Shown: piece by piece, positions 24,347 through 36,292 of the stretch
Layout of the letters: every line of letters begins with the position of its first letter
How positions within the stretch are numbered: position 1 is the stretch's first letter
From: Eledone cirrhosa
Lineage: Eukaryota
Direction of reading: 5' to 3'
NCBI GenBank assembly: GCA_964016885.1
Contig: OZ024745.1
Location: 123,938,001 to 124,002,000, forward strand
DNA: 64,000 nucleotides
Notes under the pieces: model-generated
The model's input: only the letters and a program-made list of their open reading frames with translations
The model's database searches: none
Told to the model about the DNA's origin: nothing
Position numbers and translations under genes: made by a program

Positions 24347-24861
24347 TTAGCAGTGGTACCCGGCGTTGCACGGGATAAGGTATTGTGAAATATATAACCG
24401 CCTTAGCTAAGCTTAGTATTGCCACAACCACGGCTGGCAAAGAAGTAAGGGTCTGGTGGTACGTAAGTAAGCAACACTGTGGCTTAAAACGTGAGCAAGA
24501 AGTTGTGTGCACTTACCAACTGTTTGAGGAATGAGTGTGAGATTTATCTTGAGCAAGGGTGGCAGAATAACCGGAGGCAGCAGACAGCCAGACATACAGA
24601 CAGATATTATAAGGGCGCGATGTTATATGTATGTATCTATCTAAAAAGTGAAAGACTAAGAATTATAGAGACAGATCGCTAAATCACCTAATGCGGTCCC
24701 TAGGGCATTGAAAATTTGAAATTTGTTTTGCTCAGAACACTCCCTGAAACATAAGTATTACATGCGTAAAGTTTGAAAACAGTCGATTGGGTGGTTCTCT
24801 AGTTTTAGGGATTCAAACTCACACACACACAGACAGACATCATCAGTTTTATATATAGAGA
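24347..24861 (-). mobile_element. Non-autonomous Helitron
   Basis: Minus strand starts A|TCTCTATATATAAA with (GTCT)/(GT)n and ends with hairpin CCCGTGCAACGCCGGG then CTAA|T (CTRR); AT target, no TSD. Confidence 0.8.
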
Positions 24862-25069
24862 TAATTGTTTCTACTTTTGGCATCACATGGCCAGCAATTA
24901 ACCCAGTGTATTACTGGTACTTTATTTTATCGACCCCATAATGTTCATCAAACTGCTGCTATACTGCAGGAGATATTATGTCGGGACAAAACATTGCCAT
25001 CACTGAGTTTTATAGATGATATCAATATATTTGTGGCAGCTGACATGCACCCACATTATATATATATAT

Positions 25070-25238
25070 ATAGGCAAGTTATTCCAGGTTGAATCGGAGG
25101 TAACCCCAGTAAGTAAGGTACTCAATACAAAGCAGAGTATAAAAGTTATAATATAGATGAGATTCTTGAGAACTGTTTCATTCATGATTTCTCAAGGATG
25201 AAACAGTTCTAGTCCTGTAGAATCTCATCTATATTATA

Positions 25239-25243
<5 letters not shown>
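25070..25243 (-). mobile_element. Penelope-like terminal remnant with fold-back hairpin, in (TA)n
   Basis: 25-bp plus 13-bp perfect IR arms; GTACTCAATAC shared with the 6627-6792 element; hammerhead-like TTGAGAA and GAAACAG..CTGTA. Confidence 0.55.
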
Positions 25244-25285
<42 letters not shown>

Positions 25286-25379
25286 ATATGTGTATATATA
25301 TATGTGTGTATGTATGTGTATATATGTTTATGTATGTGTATATATGTGTATATATATATGTATGTGTGTATATATATGT

Positions 25380-25537
25380 ATCATCATCATCATCATCATC
25401 ACCGTTTTACGTCCGTTCTTCCACGCTAGTATGGGTTAGACGGGTTGTCCTGTTGTGGGCATTGTCTGGTCGGCTGACCATGCCTTGCTCATACAGGAAC
25501 TGATTTGGCTTGATTTCTACAGCTGGATGCCCTTCCA
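25380..25537 (-). mobile_element. RTE family 1 extreme 3' tail
   Basis: Matches 32570-32726. Confidence 0.85.
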
Positions 25538-26340
25538 TATATACACATGTATGTGTATATATGTGTATGTATGTGTATATATGTATGTATGTGTATGTAT
25601 GTGTATATATGTATGTGTATGTATGTGTATATATATATATGTATGTATGTGTATATATGTGTATGTATGTGTATATATATATGTATATATGTGTATGTAT
25701 GTGTATATATATATATATTTAGTGGGGAGTAGAAAGTGACTCCTAGTCTTCATCAAGACATCTCTCTAGAAGGTCACTCTGATATAAAACCTGTGACTTT
25801 GTTTGCATCCAATGATGTCGACCAGTTCTACTTTTGAGTAAATATATTTGATGTTCAGAGAGTGGGATTGGCCCCGTACAAAGCATTTCTTCACTTAAAA
25901 AAGCTTCAAGCAGAGGCATATATATATATAGAGAGAGAGAGACGTGTGTACATTGACAGAGCCATTAGAAAGTCGGATAGAATGATTTACAATATCCATT
26001 CTTCCTTTTGAGATCAATAGATAAAGTACTAGTCGAGTTCTAGGTTAATTATTCCGCTATATCTCTTTCTCACCTCATCTATATCACTCTGCCACTCCTC
26101 TGGAAGGAATAGTCTGTGTTCTGACCAGGAAAGGAGGAACACTCAACCAGGTTTTAAATGCTTAAGTAATGTCATATTTCACTACCGTGCCCCTTATGAC
26201 TTCATGTAGAGTTACAGGTCCATACATACACACACATACATGCATAACACACAGATGTACAAATCTATCTGACTTTATAATGGATTGCATATTTCAATTT
26301 ATTTCATTATTTTTTTCTTTTTTTTTTCTGAATATCTCAG

Positions 26341-26476
26341 GACCCAGATCAACGAGAAAAAGAAAGAAGGAAGAGAAAACGAGATGAACTAAAAAGAAGA
26401 AAAGAAGCTTCCCTTTCGCGATCTAGCAAGTTTTCTAAAGAAAGGAATGCGGCAACTTCAGTAGTGCGACAAACAA

Positions 26477-26531
<55 letters not shown>

Positions 26532-26658
26532 AGAGAGGAACAGAATTACTGCGATAGCTGAGAAGAAATCTTGCAAAAAAAGCCAGAAGCTGTTGACTAA
26601 AACACTAAATCAGAAACAAACCAAGACTTCAAAGGCAAAGAAAAAGACGAAAAGCTAA
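26341..26658 (+). CDS. Probable terminal coding exon of an unidentified host gene (basic K/R-rich, Thr/Ala repeat)
   Basis: Long polypyrimidine tract and ctcag acceptor at 26340; open frame DPDQREKERRKRKRDELKRRKE...KAKKKTKS* (105 aa); AATAAA at ~26734 and ~26748. Upstream exons not identified. Confidence 0.6.
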
Positions 26659-27045
26659 AATGTAAAATCACCAGAAATCTATAAGAACATTCAGAGGAAT
26701 TGGGGGTATCAAAGAGACAGTCGTATTTCATAAAATAAATCTGCATAAATAAATGTGTTGGTGTTGTTGTTATTATCAAGATGGTGGGTGATTTTTTTTT
26801 TTCTGTCTTCTTAGCATGAATATGTATATAATATTTCTATGAGCACTTGGTAACACAGTGATATCACTACTTTTGTTTATATGTAAATTTACACTACACA
26901 CATACACTAGTAATGTGCGTGCATATATACATATATGTATATGTGTATGTGCATATATATATTTGTGTGCATGTGTGTGTGTGTATATATGTATATATAT
27001 GTGTATATATGAGTGTGTGTGCATATATACATATTTGTGTGTGTG

Positions 27046-27080
<35 letters not shown>

Positions 27081-27423
27081 GTATATATATATACATATGT
27101 GTGTGTGTGTGTATATGTAAACGTATGTGTGTATGTAATGTATCTCTCTTTCTCTCTTGTTCTCTCAATGTAGAAGGAATATTTTACATAAAATACTAAT
27201 TAAATATTACTAATGTAGCAGTGCAATCTTGTTATTGATATTTAATGTTCAAACTGCCTTGGTGAGGCTTTTCATAACACACTTGTATATATGTTCCTAT
27301 AACAAGGACAATGAACATTAAATGAGGATGTCTGTTTTTCTTGTTGGAAAACATGTATATATATATATGTATCATCATCATCATCATTTTATGATGATGA
27401 TGATATATATATATATATATATA

Positions 27424-28384
27424 CAGTAGAACCTCGCAGTATGAGTGCCCAATCGTATGAGCCGAGGCTCGTGCGAAATTTGGAAGTGAAAATCTGCAGT
27501 ACGAATGAGTTTCATACAAGCGACATCTAGCAGGCGCTGAGCTCACACACGCTCTCCCAACAAGCACAGCATCCGTTTGCTCAATGCACATGTTTATCTC
27601 ATTGTGGTAACATCCTTATTGTGTTTTTCCCAGTGGTTTTTATTTTCTAGTTTTGTGTGGCATTTTCTGCTATTACATAATGTATTTTATAATGATTAGT
27701 GGAAGAGATTGGTTTCCCGGAGGAGGACATTGTAGTGGGCATGGCTATCTCTACTGGTGACATAAAGCCAGTGTTGGTAAAGTGGCAGGATGTTTCTGAA
27801 TTTGTAGAAAAAAATCATCTTCAAAAAGTATCTAGAGGTTGTGCAGCTGCTGTATTTAATGACACTACTCTAGCACATTTTTGTAACATTTTGAAAGGCA
27901 GGAAAAAAGCAGTCTTCTCTTGATATGTTTCTAATGAAACGATCTGCAAGTGAGGAAAGGGAAGAAAGTGTGGCCAAAAAGCCTAAATTAAGCGAAGTGA
28001 GAGAGAAAACACCAGAAATTGTTCTTCCTGAAGTCCTAATTGAAGGAGATTCTCCTTCCAAACAATAATCCTCCTCCACCGCACTCCATCATCTTCCTTG
28101 CACACAAATCGTCCCATTTTTAAGGTAATTGGATTAATAAAACCAGTTAACATATTTATTTTGCATTCTTTTTTATTGTTTTTATAATTGTAATTTTCCT
28201 TGTATCTGCATCTTTACTGTTTTAAAACCCATAAAAAATTGATTTTAGGTGGTTTTTGAGGGTTTGGAATGAATTATTTATATTCTGATTAATTTCAATG
28301 GGGAAAATTGATTTGAAAGACGACTAATTTGTACAATGAGCTCAGTCATGGAACAAATTAAACTCGTACTGCAAGGTATCACTG
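27424..28384 (+). mobile_element. Tigger/pogo internal-deletion derivative
   Basis: TIRs CAGTAGAACCTCGCAGTATGAGT / CAGTGATACCTTGCAGTACGAGT, TA TSD; transposase C-terminus KW.DVSEFVEKNH..FND....HFCNILK.RKK..SLDMFL. Confidence 0.85.
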
Positions 28385-28405
28385 TATATATATATAGGTT
28401 CCTTA

Positions 28406-28450
28406 AACTCTGATGAAGGGACTTTTATGTCCTGAAATATTGGACAGATA
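28406..28450 (+). ncRNA. Degenerate type I hammerhead ribozyme motif (Penelope-like remnant)
   Basis: CTGATGA, stem II aggGAC-ttttat-GTCct, GAAA; stem III and cleavage triplet look mutated (GAC). Confidence 0.4.
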
Positions 28451-28929
28451 AAAGAACAACAACAAAACAAAGATTATCAGGTAACTTTTACTTTTCGTTA
28501 CCTCATCTTACAGTCCATTTTGCATTGTTCAGCCTTCTATCTCTTTCAATGTTATATATTAAAACAATGCTTCAAGCAAACTATAACATTTTATTATATT
28601 TGTCATTGTTTTCATCATCATTGTTTTTATGTCCACTTTTCCATACTGGCTAGGGTTGAACTGCCTCTTTAGTCACCTTTTACGATAAGCAGTGATATGG
28701 TGTATCTATTCTAAATACTGGGATACAAATATATGTATATATTAGTAAAAGTAAAGGATCTACTGTGAGTTCAGCAGTTTCAGCTAGTTACCTCTGCAGG
28801 TATTTACATACATATATGTGTGTGTGTGAACATAGAGAATACAATCAGAGGAACTAGATCTAATACAATAGCAAGTAACATACTTAAGTACTGGAATTCT
28901 CAATGCATTGTCTATCAGTTTCTGTGATA

Positions 28930-29240
28930 AAAATTTAGTTGTTTGATCAACTGAACATCCAACTCATTAAATTAACATGTAGGTGGTTGAGTATTCCACA
29001 GACATGTACCAATGTAATTCTCATGTGGCATCACCAGACAGAATATGTAACAAAGCTACATGTACAATATATCCAACAGGCTTCTACACAGTTTTTGCCG
29101 CCCTAATTTTACACAACTAGCTTAGGTTTTCTCGAGGCTATGATAAAGTCACTTATCCAAGATGTTACACAGTAGAATCCAATTTAGCACCTTATGATTG
29201 CTAGACATACTTCTTAACCATTCATCCAAATCTGTGTCCA
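28930..29240 (-). mobile_element. Old tRNA/CORE-like SINE family E
   Basis: Homologous to the plus-strand copy at 39285-39612. Confidence 0.6.
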
Positions 29241-29379
29241 GAAATACGAATATATTAGGTGAGATTTCAGAGATATTTCTTGATTTGTTGAAGGCTTCAG
29301 GTTGCATTAGTTAACTATTTAGCAGGTTGATCATTAGCTTGGCAGCATGACTATCACCTTTTACAAAGGTAATACAGGT

Positions 29380-30300
29380 ACACTACAGAGGAAATTATAG
29401 TGGCCAATAATAAATTTAATACTTAGAATGGTCTCCATCAAAATTCTGTTCACAAGCTTCTATATTTTAGTCCTTGAGCAAATCTAAAATTATACAAACA
29501 AGACAGGTTGCTTTAATAATTTGAAAGAATTGACAGTTAACATTACCAAATCAGCAATAAAGGGGTAATATTATTTGGTATGTGGAAAGAGAATAGGAAG
29601 GAACTTGATGTATAGTTAATACAAACAATGTGCACACAAAAGATGCTGTGAGATATATTTGGAAAATCAGCAGATGATCAGAATTTTAGATGTGTAATAA
29701 GTCACTAATGTGAATAACAAAGAATTGGTGTCTGTAGATGACTTACTGAAATAGTTCTATGAGATATAATTAATGTTAAAGCTAGATTAAAGCTAGATAC
29801 TGACTATACAGTTATTAGAGAAAAGGAATTTACTAAAGGAAGTTTAGATTACTACTACTGCTGATGGAAACAAAGAATGTGATTCCATGCATGGGTTTAT
29901 AAAAGGTAAAAATGGCAAAATTGTATTATTCATTAAAATATATACACATACTTCATGTATTCATACACATGCAATCTTAGAGTAACCCTTTCCTTATAAA
30001 CCCACCTGTTACTACATGTAATTACATATTCATATTTAAATGGGAATATTAATTTAATTCTTTTTATTATGTTAGTGATACTGATAACAGGATGTTACTA
30101 GATAAATACTAGCTGTGCAACATTCAACATTTTTATCTGAAAATTGTGTTCTGTGAATTTTTTAGATGTTTTTTTTTATGAACTCATTTAAGAAATATCA
30201 TGTTATATAATAGGGAACTCTTCAAAGTGAAGCAGATAACATGTGGTGTGTTAAATTTAAGTGAAATTGATTGGTGAAAGTCTTTGGCAAATATATGCAG
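29380..30300 (+). pseudogene. Highly decayed older RTE copy (continues 32726-32950)
   Basis: Remnants RGNYSG, GLHQNSV, LVCGKRIGRN..KQCAHKRC; C-terminal and tail remnants after the young insertion. Confidence 0.55.
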
Positions 30301-30303
30301 AAG

Positions 30304-32418
30304 GATGAGGTTTGTGGCTGGAGTAAGACCTCAAGCAGGAGGAGAGTGACTTGGTGGTGGAACAATAAGGTAGATGAAGCAGTCAAGGCCAAGAGACAGG
30401 CATGGAAAGAATGGAAGAACGGGGGGAGCAGGGTACATTACATAGAGACCAAGAGGGAAGCTAGGCGACAAGTATACTTAGCTAGGAGGGAAGCAGAGGA
30501 TAGAAAATTCAAGCATGTTTTACAACGTGAGGACCAGAAACAGGAGGTATTCAAGATTGCGAGGCAGTGTGTCAGAGATAGTTGTGATGTCATTGGAGAG
30601 AAGTGTATCCGGAATGATAAAGGTGAGCTTGCCCTCACAAGTGCTGAGAAGAAAGATGCATGGAAGAGTCATTATGATAGATTACTAAATGAGGAGAATG
30701 CATGGGAAGAAGAGACCCTACCCCACGTAGACCCTATAGAGGGACCAGCAGTACAAGTCAGCGGCAGCGTAGTAAGTAAGGCAATCAGAGATATGAAGAT
30801 AGGGAAGGCAACCGGTCCATCGGGTATAGCTGCCGAGATGCTGAAGGCATCTGGGTCTGTAGGTCACACTATAACCACACGTATCGTTAACCAGGTAATA
30901 CTAGAGGGGGCCATACCAAAAGATTGGTGCAGTAGCATCATTGTCAACTGCTACAAAGGTAAAGGCGATGCACTAGATAGAGGAAACTATAGAGGTATAA
31001 AGTTGATGGACCAGGTCATGAAAGTAACAGAAAGAGTTATAGCACAGCTGATTAGGGACCGGGTGAATATAGACGAGATGCAATTTGGGTTTGTACCAGG
31101 GAAAGGCACCACTGATGCCCTCTTCCTTGTGAGGCAATTACAGGAAAAGTACCTAGCTAAAAGTAAGCCACTCTACTTGGCATTTGTCGACCTTGAGAAA
31201 GCCTTTGACAGAGTTCCACGTGCAGTAATCTGGTGGGCTCTTAGAAAACTAGGAGTAGATGAATGGCTTGTGAAAGCGGTACAAGCCATGTATAGGGGAG
31301 CAGTCAGCAAAGTTAGGATTGGCAATGAGTATAGCGAGGAATTTAGCGTACAGGTTGGGGTCCACCAGGGCTCTGTTCTTAGCCCTCTCCTGTTCATCAT
31401 AGTCCTGCAGGCAATAACGGAGGAGTTTAAGACCGGATGCCCATGGGAACTCCTGTATGCTGATGATCTCGCACTCATAGCTGAATCTATGGTAGAACTA
31501 GAGAATAAATTCCAAACCTGGAAGCAGGGACTAGAGAGAAAGGGCCTCAAAGTCAACATGACAAAGACTAAGGTCCTTATAAGTAGACGAGAAAACAGAA
31601 CCCAGATCCCCTCAGGGAAATGGCCTTGCTCAGTATGTAGGAAAGGTGTAGGTAGGAACTCCATTCTTTGCCCCAAATGCAAACAATGGGTACACAAGAG
31701 ATGTAGCGGGATCTCAGGAAGCTTAATTAAGAATGTAGGATTCACATGCAGCAGCTGTGCTGAAACAGCAAGCAAACAGCCACAGGAAACAAGTACCACC
31801 AATCTCTGGGAGGGCCCTGTAGAAACAGTAGACAGCTTCTGCTACCTAGGTGACCGAATTAGCAACGGAGGTGGGTGCTCAGAAAGTACAATAACTAGGG
31901 TAAGAACGGGATGGAAGAAGTTTAGGGAACTACTACCACTGCTAGCTGCAAAAGGCTTCTCCCTCAGAATGAAAGGCAGACTGTATGATGCGTGTATCCG
32001 AACAGCGATGTTGCATGGTAGTGAGACCTGGGCGCTGAAGGTGGAAGACTTACGTAGATTAGAGAGAAACGAAGCCTGCATGCTCCGATGGATGTGTAAC
32101 AGTAATATACGTGAACGACAAAGCATAAATGAATTGAGAGAGAGACTGAGCATAAGAGGAATCAAATGCTGCGTGCAGGAGAGGCGGTTACGCTGGTATG
32201 GACATGTGATGCGTATGAAGGATGACAGCTGCATAAAAAGGTGCAGAGCACTAGAAGTTGATGGAAACCGCGGAGTGGGGAGACCCAAGATGACTTGGGA
32301 TGAGGTGATAAAAGCCGACCTTACCCAACTACACCTCTCAAAGTCAATGACACACGACCGTGACTTCTGGCGTCACGCAGTAATACAGGGTACCCGACCT
32401 CCCATGGGTACATGCTGA
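30304..32418 (+). CDS. RTE reverse transcriptase (endonuclease lost by truncation) with internal PHD-type finger
   Basis: GKATGPSG, NYRGIKL, QFGF, FVDLEKAFD, GVHQGSVLSP, YADD (31456), [11 protein letters not shown]; no stops. Confidence 0.95.
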   Translation, partial: DEVCGWSKTSSRRRVTWWWNNKVDEAVKAKRQAWKEWKNGGSRVHYIETKREARRQVYLARREAEDRKFKHVLQREDQKQEVFKIARQCVRDSCDVIGEKCIRNDKGELALTSAEKKDAWKSHYDRLLNEENAWEEETLPHVDPIEGPAVQVSGSVVSKAIRDMKIGKATGPSGIAAEMLKASGSVGHTITTRIVNQVILEGAIPKDWCSSIIVNCYKGKGDALDRGNYRGIKLMDQVMKVTERVIAQLIRDRVNIDEMQFGFVPGKGTTDALFLVRQLQEKYLAKSKPLYLAFVDLEKAFDRVPRAVIWWALRKLGVDEWLVKAVQAMYRGAVSKVRIGNEYSEEFSVQVGVHQGSVLSPLLFIIVLQAITEEFKTGCPWELLYADDLALIAESMVELENKFQTWKQGLERKGLKVNMTKTKVLISRRENRTQIPSGKWPCSVCRKGVGRNSILCPKCKQWVHKRCSGISGSLIKNVGFTCSSCAETASKQPQETSTTNLWEGPVETVDSFCYLGDRISNGGGCSESTITRVRTGWKKFRELLPLLAAKGFSLRMKGRLYDACIRTAMLHGSETWALKVEDLRRLERNEACMLRWMCNSNIRERQSINELRERLSIRGIKCCVQERRLRWYGHVMRMKDDSCIKRCRALEVDGNRGVGRPKMTWDEVIKADLTQLHLSKSMTHDRDFWRHAVIQGTRPPMGTC

Positions 32419-32726
32419 AGCATATAAACAATATGCCCCCCCCCCCCCACCCCACCGCAAGGTGGTCGTGGAGGTGCCACGGCAAAAAAGCACCCAGCCC
32501 ACACTGTAAAGTGGACGTGTAGGCGCCACGAAAAAGCACCCAGCACTCACTGTAAATGAGGTTGGTGTTAGGAAGGGCATCCAGCTGTAGAAATCAAGCC
32601 AGATCAGTTCCTGTATGAGCAAGGCATGGTCAGCCGACCAGACACTGCCCACAACAGGACAACCCGTCTAACCCATGCTAGCGTGGAAGAACGGACGTAA
32701 AACGGTGATGATGATGATGATGATGA
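30304..32726 (+). mobile_element. Young 5'-truncated RTE-clade LINE (family 1)
   Basis: Intact RT ORF, 3' UTR, (GAT)n tail, possible short TSD gaagga (30300 and 32725). Confidence 0.95.
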
Positions 32727-34134
32727 AGGAAAATGTGGGTAAGTGTTTATATATGCTGGATGAAAGAAAAATCTGTGAATTTGTAGTTGAAGTTATACAT
32801 GGTTAGTATAGATCAAAGTACTTGGGAAGTAAGGACAGGTGTGAAAAGATTGGGCACAGAATAGCTGATATATAAGTAAGACATGACACTGATTTGCAGA
32901 TACAGCTAACCCAGACTAATGAAAAATAAAATTGGATGTAAAAATCAACATAAAGATGAATTTAATAATATAGAAAGGCATCATCATCAAGCGTTTAACA
33001 TCCATTTTTCCATGTATTTACATAACTACATCATTACTATATATAGATTTGTTTCTGTATATTCATGCATGTTTGCAATCATCTCAATGTAAATATGCTA
33101 ACTAGAATTTGTGAAACTGTATCCAAGTCACCATAAAAATAAGCAGCATACACACTTGTGATTGAATGCTATAGCAACATAAGAAAGAACATCATGTGAG
33201 CTATTTCAAATCCTGTTACTAAGGTCTAAGGAGACAAACTGATCCAATATTATTACAAGAGTATGTTGTATAAAAGTCTTTAAACAATAGAAAGAAAGTA
33301 GATATATGCTAATACAATAGTGTGACCAGTGTATTGTTGTTACTGAAAATGAAAGTATCTTAATAGATATAGTTTTTGTTTGTATTTTATATCTTTTCAT
33401 GATAATTCTATATTCTGTTCCAGCATTAACAATAACTATATGTGTCTCTACACATTCATATATTCACTTACACATCACATCTTATATACTTAATAACATA
33501 ACATGCTTAGAGTTCTGTCTTTCTCTTGGGGTAAATTTCCCTCTGGGTATGCTGACTAAACAACTTAGCTGTGATGGATATAATATGCTGTTGGAAGCCA
33601 AATTATTTCGTTATCTTTTGCTTAAAAAGTTCAATTCTAAGTGAAGGACATGTAAAGGGCTGTTAGTTATATTGTTTTATTTTATTAGCATTGACAATGA
33701 AATAACATTTGAGACACAACAAGCAACCATCAAATAAAACCATTTCTGCCAAGAGAAAACAAACAAAATATTTAAAAAATACAAGAAACAGTTATTAAGG
33801 AAAGGAACAAAACATAATAAATACAGGTAGCCAAGTATAAAAGCAAAACAAAATTTGAGAAATGTTGCTGTCATTTTATTCACTGTCTTTGATGCGCAAG
33901 GGTCTGGCGTCGGTTAATATAATGGCTTAGGAATGACAACTACTATTATGGTTCTGGAATTTTATTTCAAATGGTGATTGAATCTCCTTAGGTGACTAAA
34001 TTGAAGAAATATTATTATAGAGAAGTTGCTTAGAAAAAATAATGTCTTCGGGGAAAAATAATCTATTTGTATATTTATTTATATTTCTCATTTCAACCTA
34101 ATCTGTTTGTGCATGTGTGTATAAATATGAATGA

Positions 34135-34176
<42 letters not shown>

Positions 34177-34208
34177 TCATCATCATCATTTTACATCTGA
34201 TATATATA

Positions 34209-34248
<40 letters not shown>

Positions 34249-35404
34249 TCATACATACACACAATTTGATTAAGTGCACCTGTGCATATATGTGAAGCTT
34301 CAATTTTCTTACCCTGCAAGCACTGTTACTATGGAGCATATTTCATAATACCTAACTGGGAATGGTATATATTTCAATGAGATAAACAGATAAAAAAATG
34401 TATTATTCATTAAAATGTACATTATGTATACATACACACAATGATTATTTACCCCTTTTATTACCTGCGTGTCTGATACTGCCTGAAACTTTTTCATAGT
34501 CCTAGAACCTGCCTAACATTGCCTATAATCAGCTATTCATATTTAAATGAGAATATTGATGTAAATCTTAGTACATTAGAGACGACTTACAATTTCACTT
34601 GCTATACAGTGACCGACATTTTTACGAAATGAAATTTATGTTCTATGAATTTTTTTTCATATCTTTTCTACATAATTACAATTCATTTTTGTATAGATTT
34701 TTGCAATGAAACAAATGGATTCAGTAATAGGGACCCTAAATTTGAAACATTTTCAAAACAAGAAACAGCGACAATGAAAAAAAAAAAAAAGCATAAACAT
34801 TTATTGGATATTGTCAGATATTTCAATTAACAGTAGTCATAGCAAGTTTTGAATAAAATGAAACTATTCCAAAAACAGTGGAATGAAAATTTCAAAAATA
34901 ATTTTCTTTGGAATTTTTTTGTAGAAACTAGAACCAATCGCAAGCCTTCTTGACAACTCAAAACACATCAATTATTTCATGTTATATTTTCCTATTGAAA
35001 TATTCCATGTGATAACTGAAAATAATCATAACATAACATAAAGAAAAGAAAAAAAGAAGATATATTATGATCTCATGGATGTTTTTAGGCATTTTTTTTT
35101 CCAGTAAATATAATAGACATTATAAATCTGGCTGAGATTACTAACTACTGGTGCACAGATGAAGCATTCAATGAGCTTTGTGTTTTCAGTATCATGGTCA
35201 TAAGAGCATTTCTAAAGTTGCAGTAGTCTTTGCAGAAAAAAAAAGACTGTATGTCTGTGTGCTATAAGATGGAGTGTGTCAGAGGGAATCTGAATTAATC
35301 AAGTAGTTTTTCTCTGGATGTGGTCTTGAAGAATGAAATAATTATAAAAACATGAAATAGGCGATCAATAGTTGGAAATATTTTAATCCTTCAACTAAAA
35401 TTTC

Positions 35405-35650
35405 ATAGTATGTGGTTAGAATGTCTCAGGGAAGAATGGCTGGACAGAATTTACAGGTGAAACCAAGAGGTAGGAGACCCAAGGGTAGATCCTGAGCAAG
35501 ATGGTTGGATAACATCCATGAGCTTGGCTGGTGACGTTTGGGGATCCAGCTAGATCAGTTGGAGACGGTTGCTTCTGACAGGACCTGTTGGAAGGAGTGT
35601 TTGAGGACTCTGCCCCACGATCCCCTCAGGAATAAGTGGGCAAAGAAAAG
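35405..35650 (+). mobile_element. 3' end of LINE family 3
   Basis: Matches 9121-9345. Confidence 0.75.
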
Positions 35651-35797
35651 AACTAAAATTTCATTTACTCTAACTACTCCAGAAAAGAATTTTCAACACA
35701 CTATTTCATATTTAAATTTATGCATGAGTAACAAGGTTAACAAAATACCTCACTTGGATACTAAAATATATGCAAACAATACTTACACTACTAACAT

Positions 35798-36292
35798 TTA
35801 ACTCTTTTGATACTAATCTGCCTGAACCCTTCCTGATTCTACAATATTTCAAACTTTATTTCTACTTTATTTCAAAGTACTTATATTCATTTTAAAACCA
35901 AACAAATATTTCTACTTTATTTCAAAGTACTTATATTCATTTTAAAACCTTTAACCCTTAAACCAGCCATATCTGTCCAGAATTTTCTCACCTCTTTCTG
36001 CCCAAACCGGCCTTAACCAGCTGCTGATACTTATCTTAAGGTAATGTTTTCAAAATAGATAATATCAAAATCTCATAGATTTGATTTTGCGTGAGATAAA
36101 GTCTTTACCACGAAAATACAATATTAAATACAGAGTAATGTAAATGCTAAAGGGTTAAGTTATTATCCAAATCCCCAGCTTAATAATAAGACAGTTAGTT
36201 ATTTTACTAAATTCCTTCAAATTTATGATTATTTTCAAAATTATTTGAAAATCAGAGGCAGGGTCTTTCATTAGAAATATGGAAGTGAAAGA
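35798..36292 (+). mobile_element. MITE C with nested MITE B (35951-36158, -)
   Basis: Family C halves flank a TTAA-bounded B copy; internal ~40-bp tandem duplication. Confidence 0.75.

Noticed and set aside
30271-30303. Start of the 715-aa ORF
   Set aside because: TTG start lies in flanking DNA; the element is 5'-truncated near 30304.
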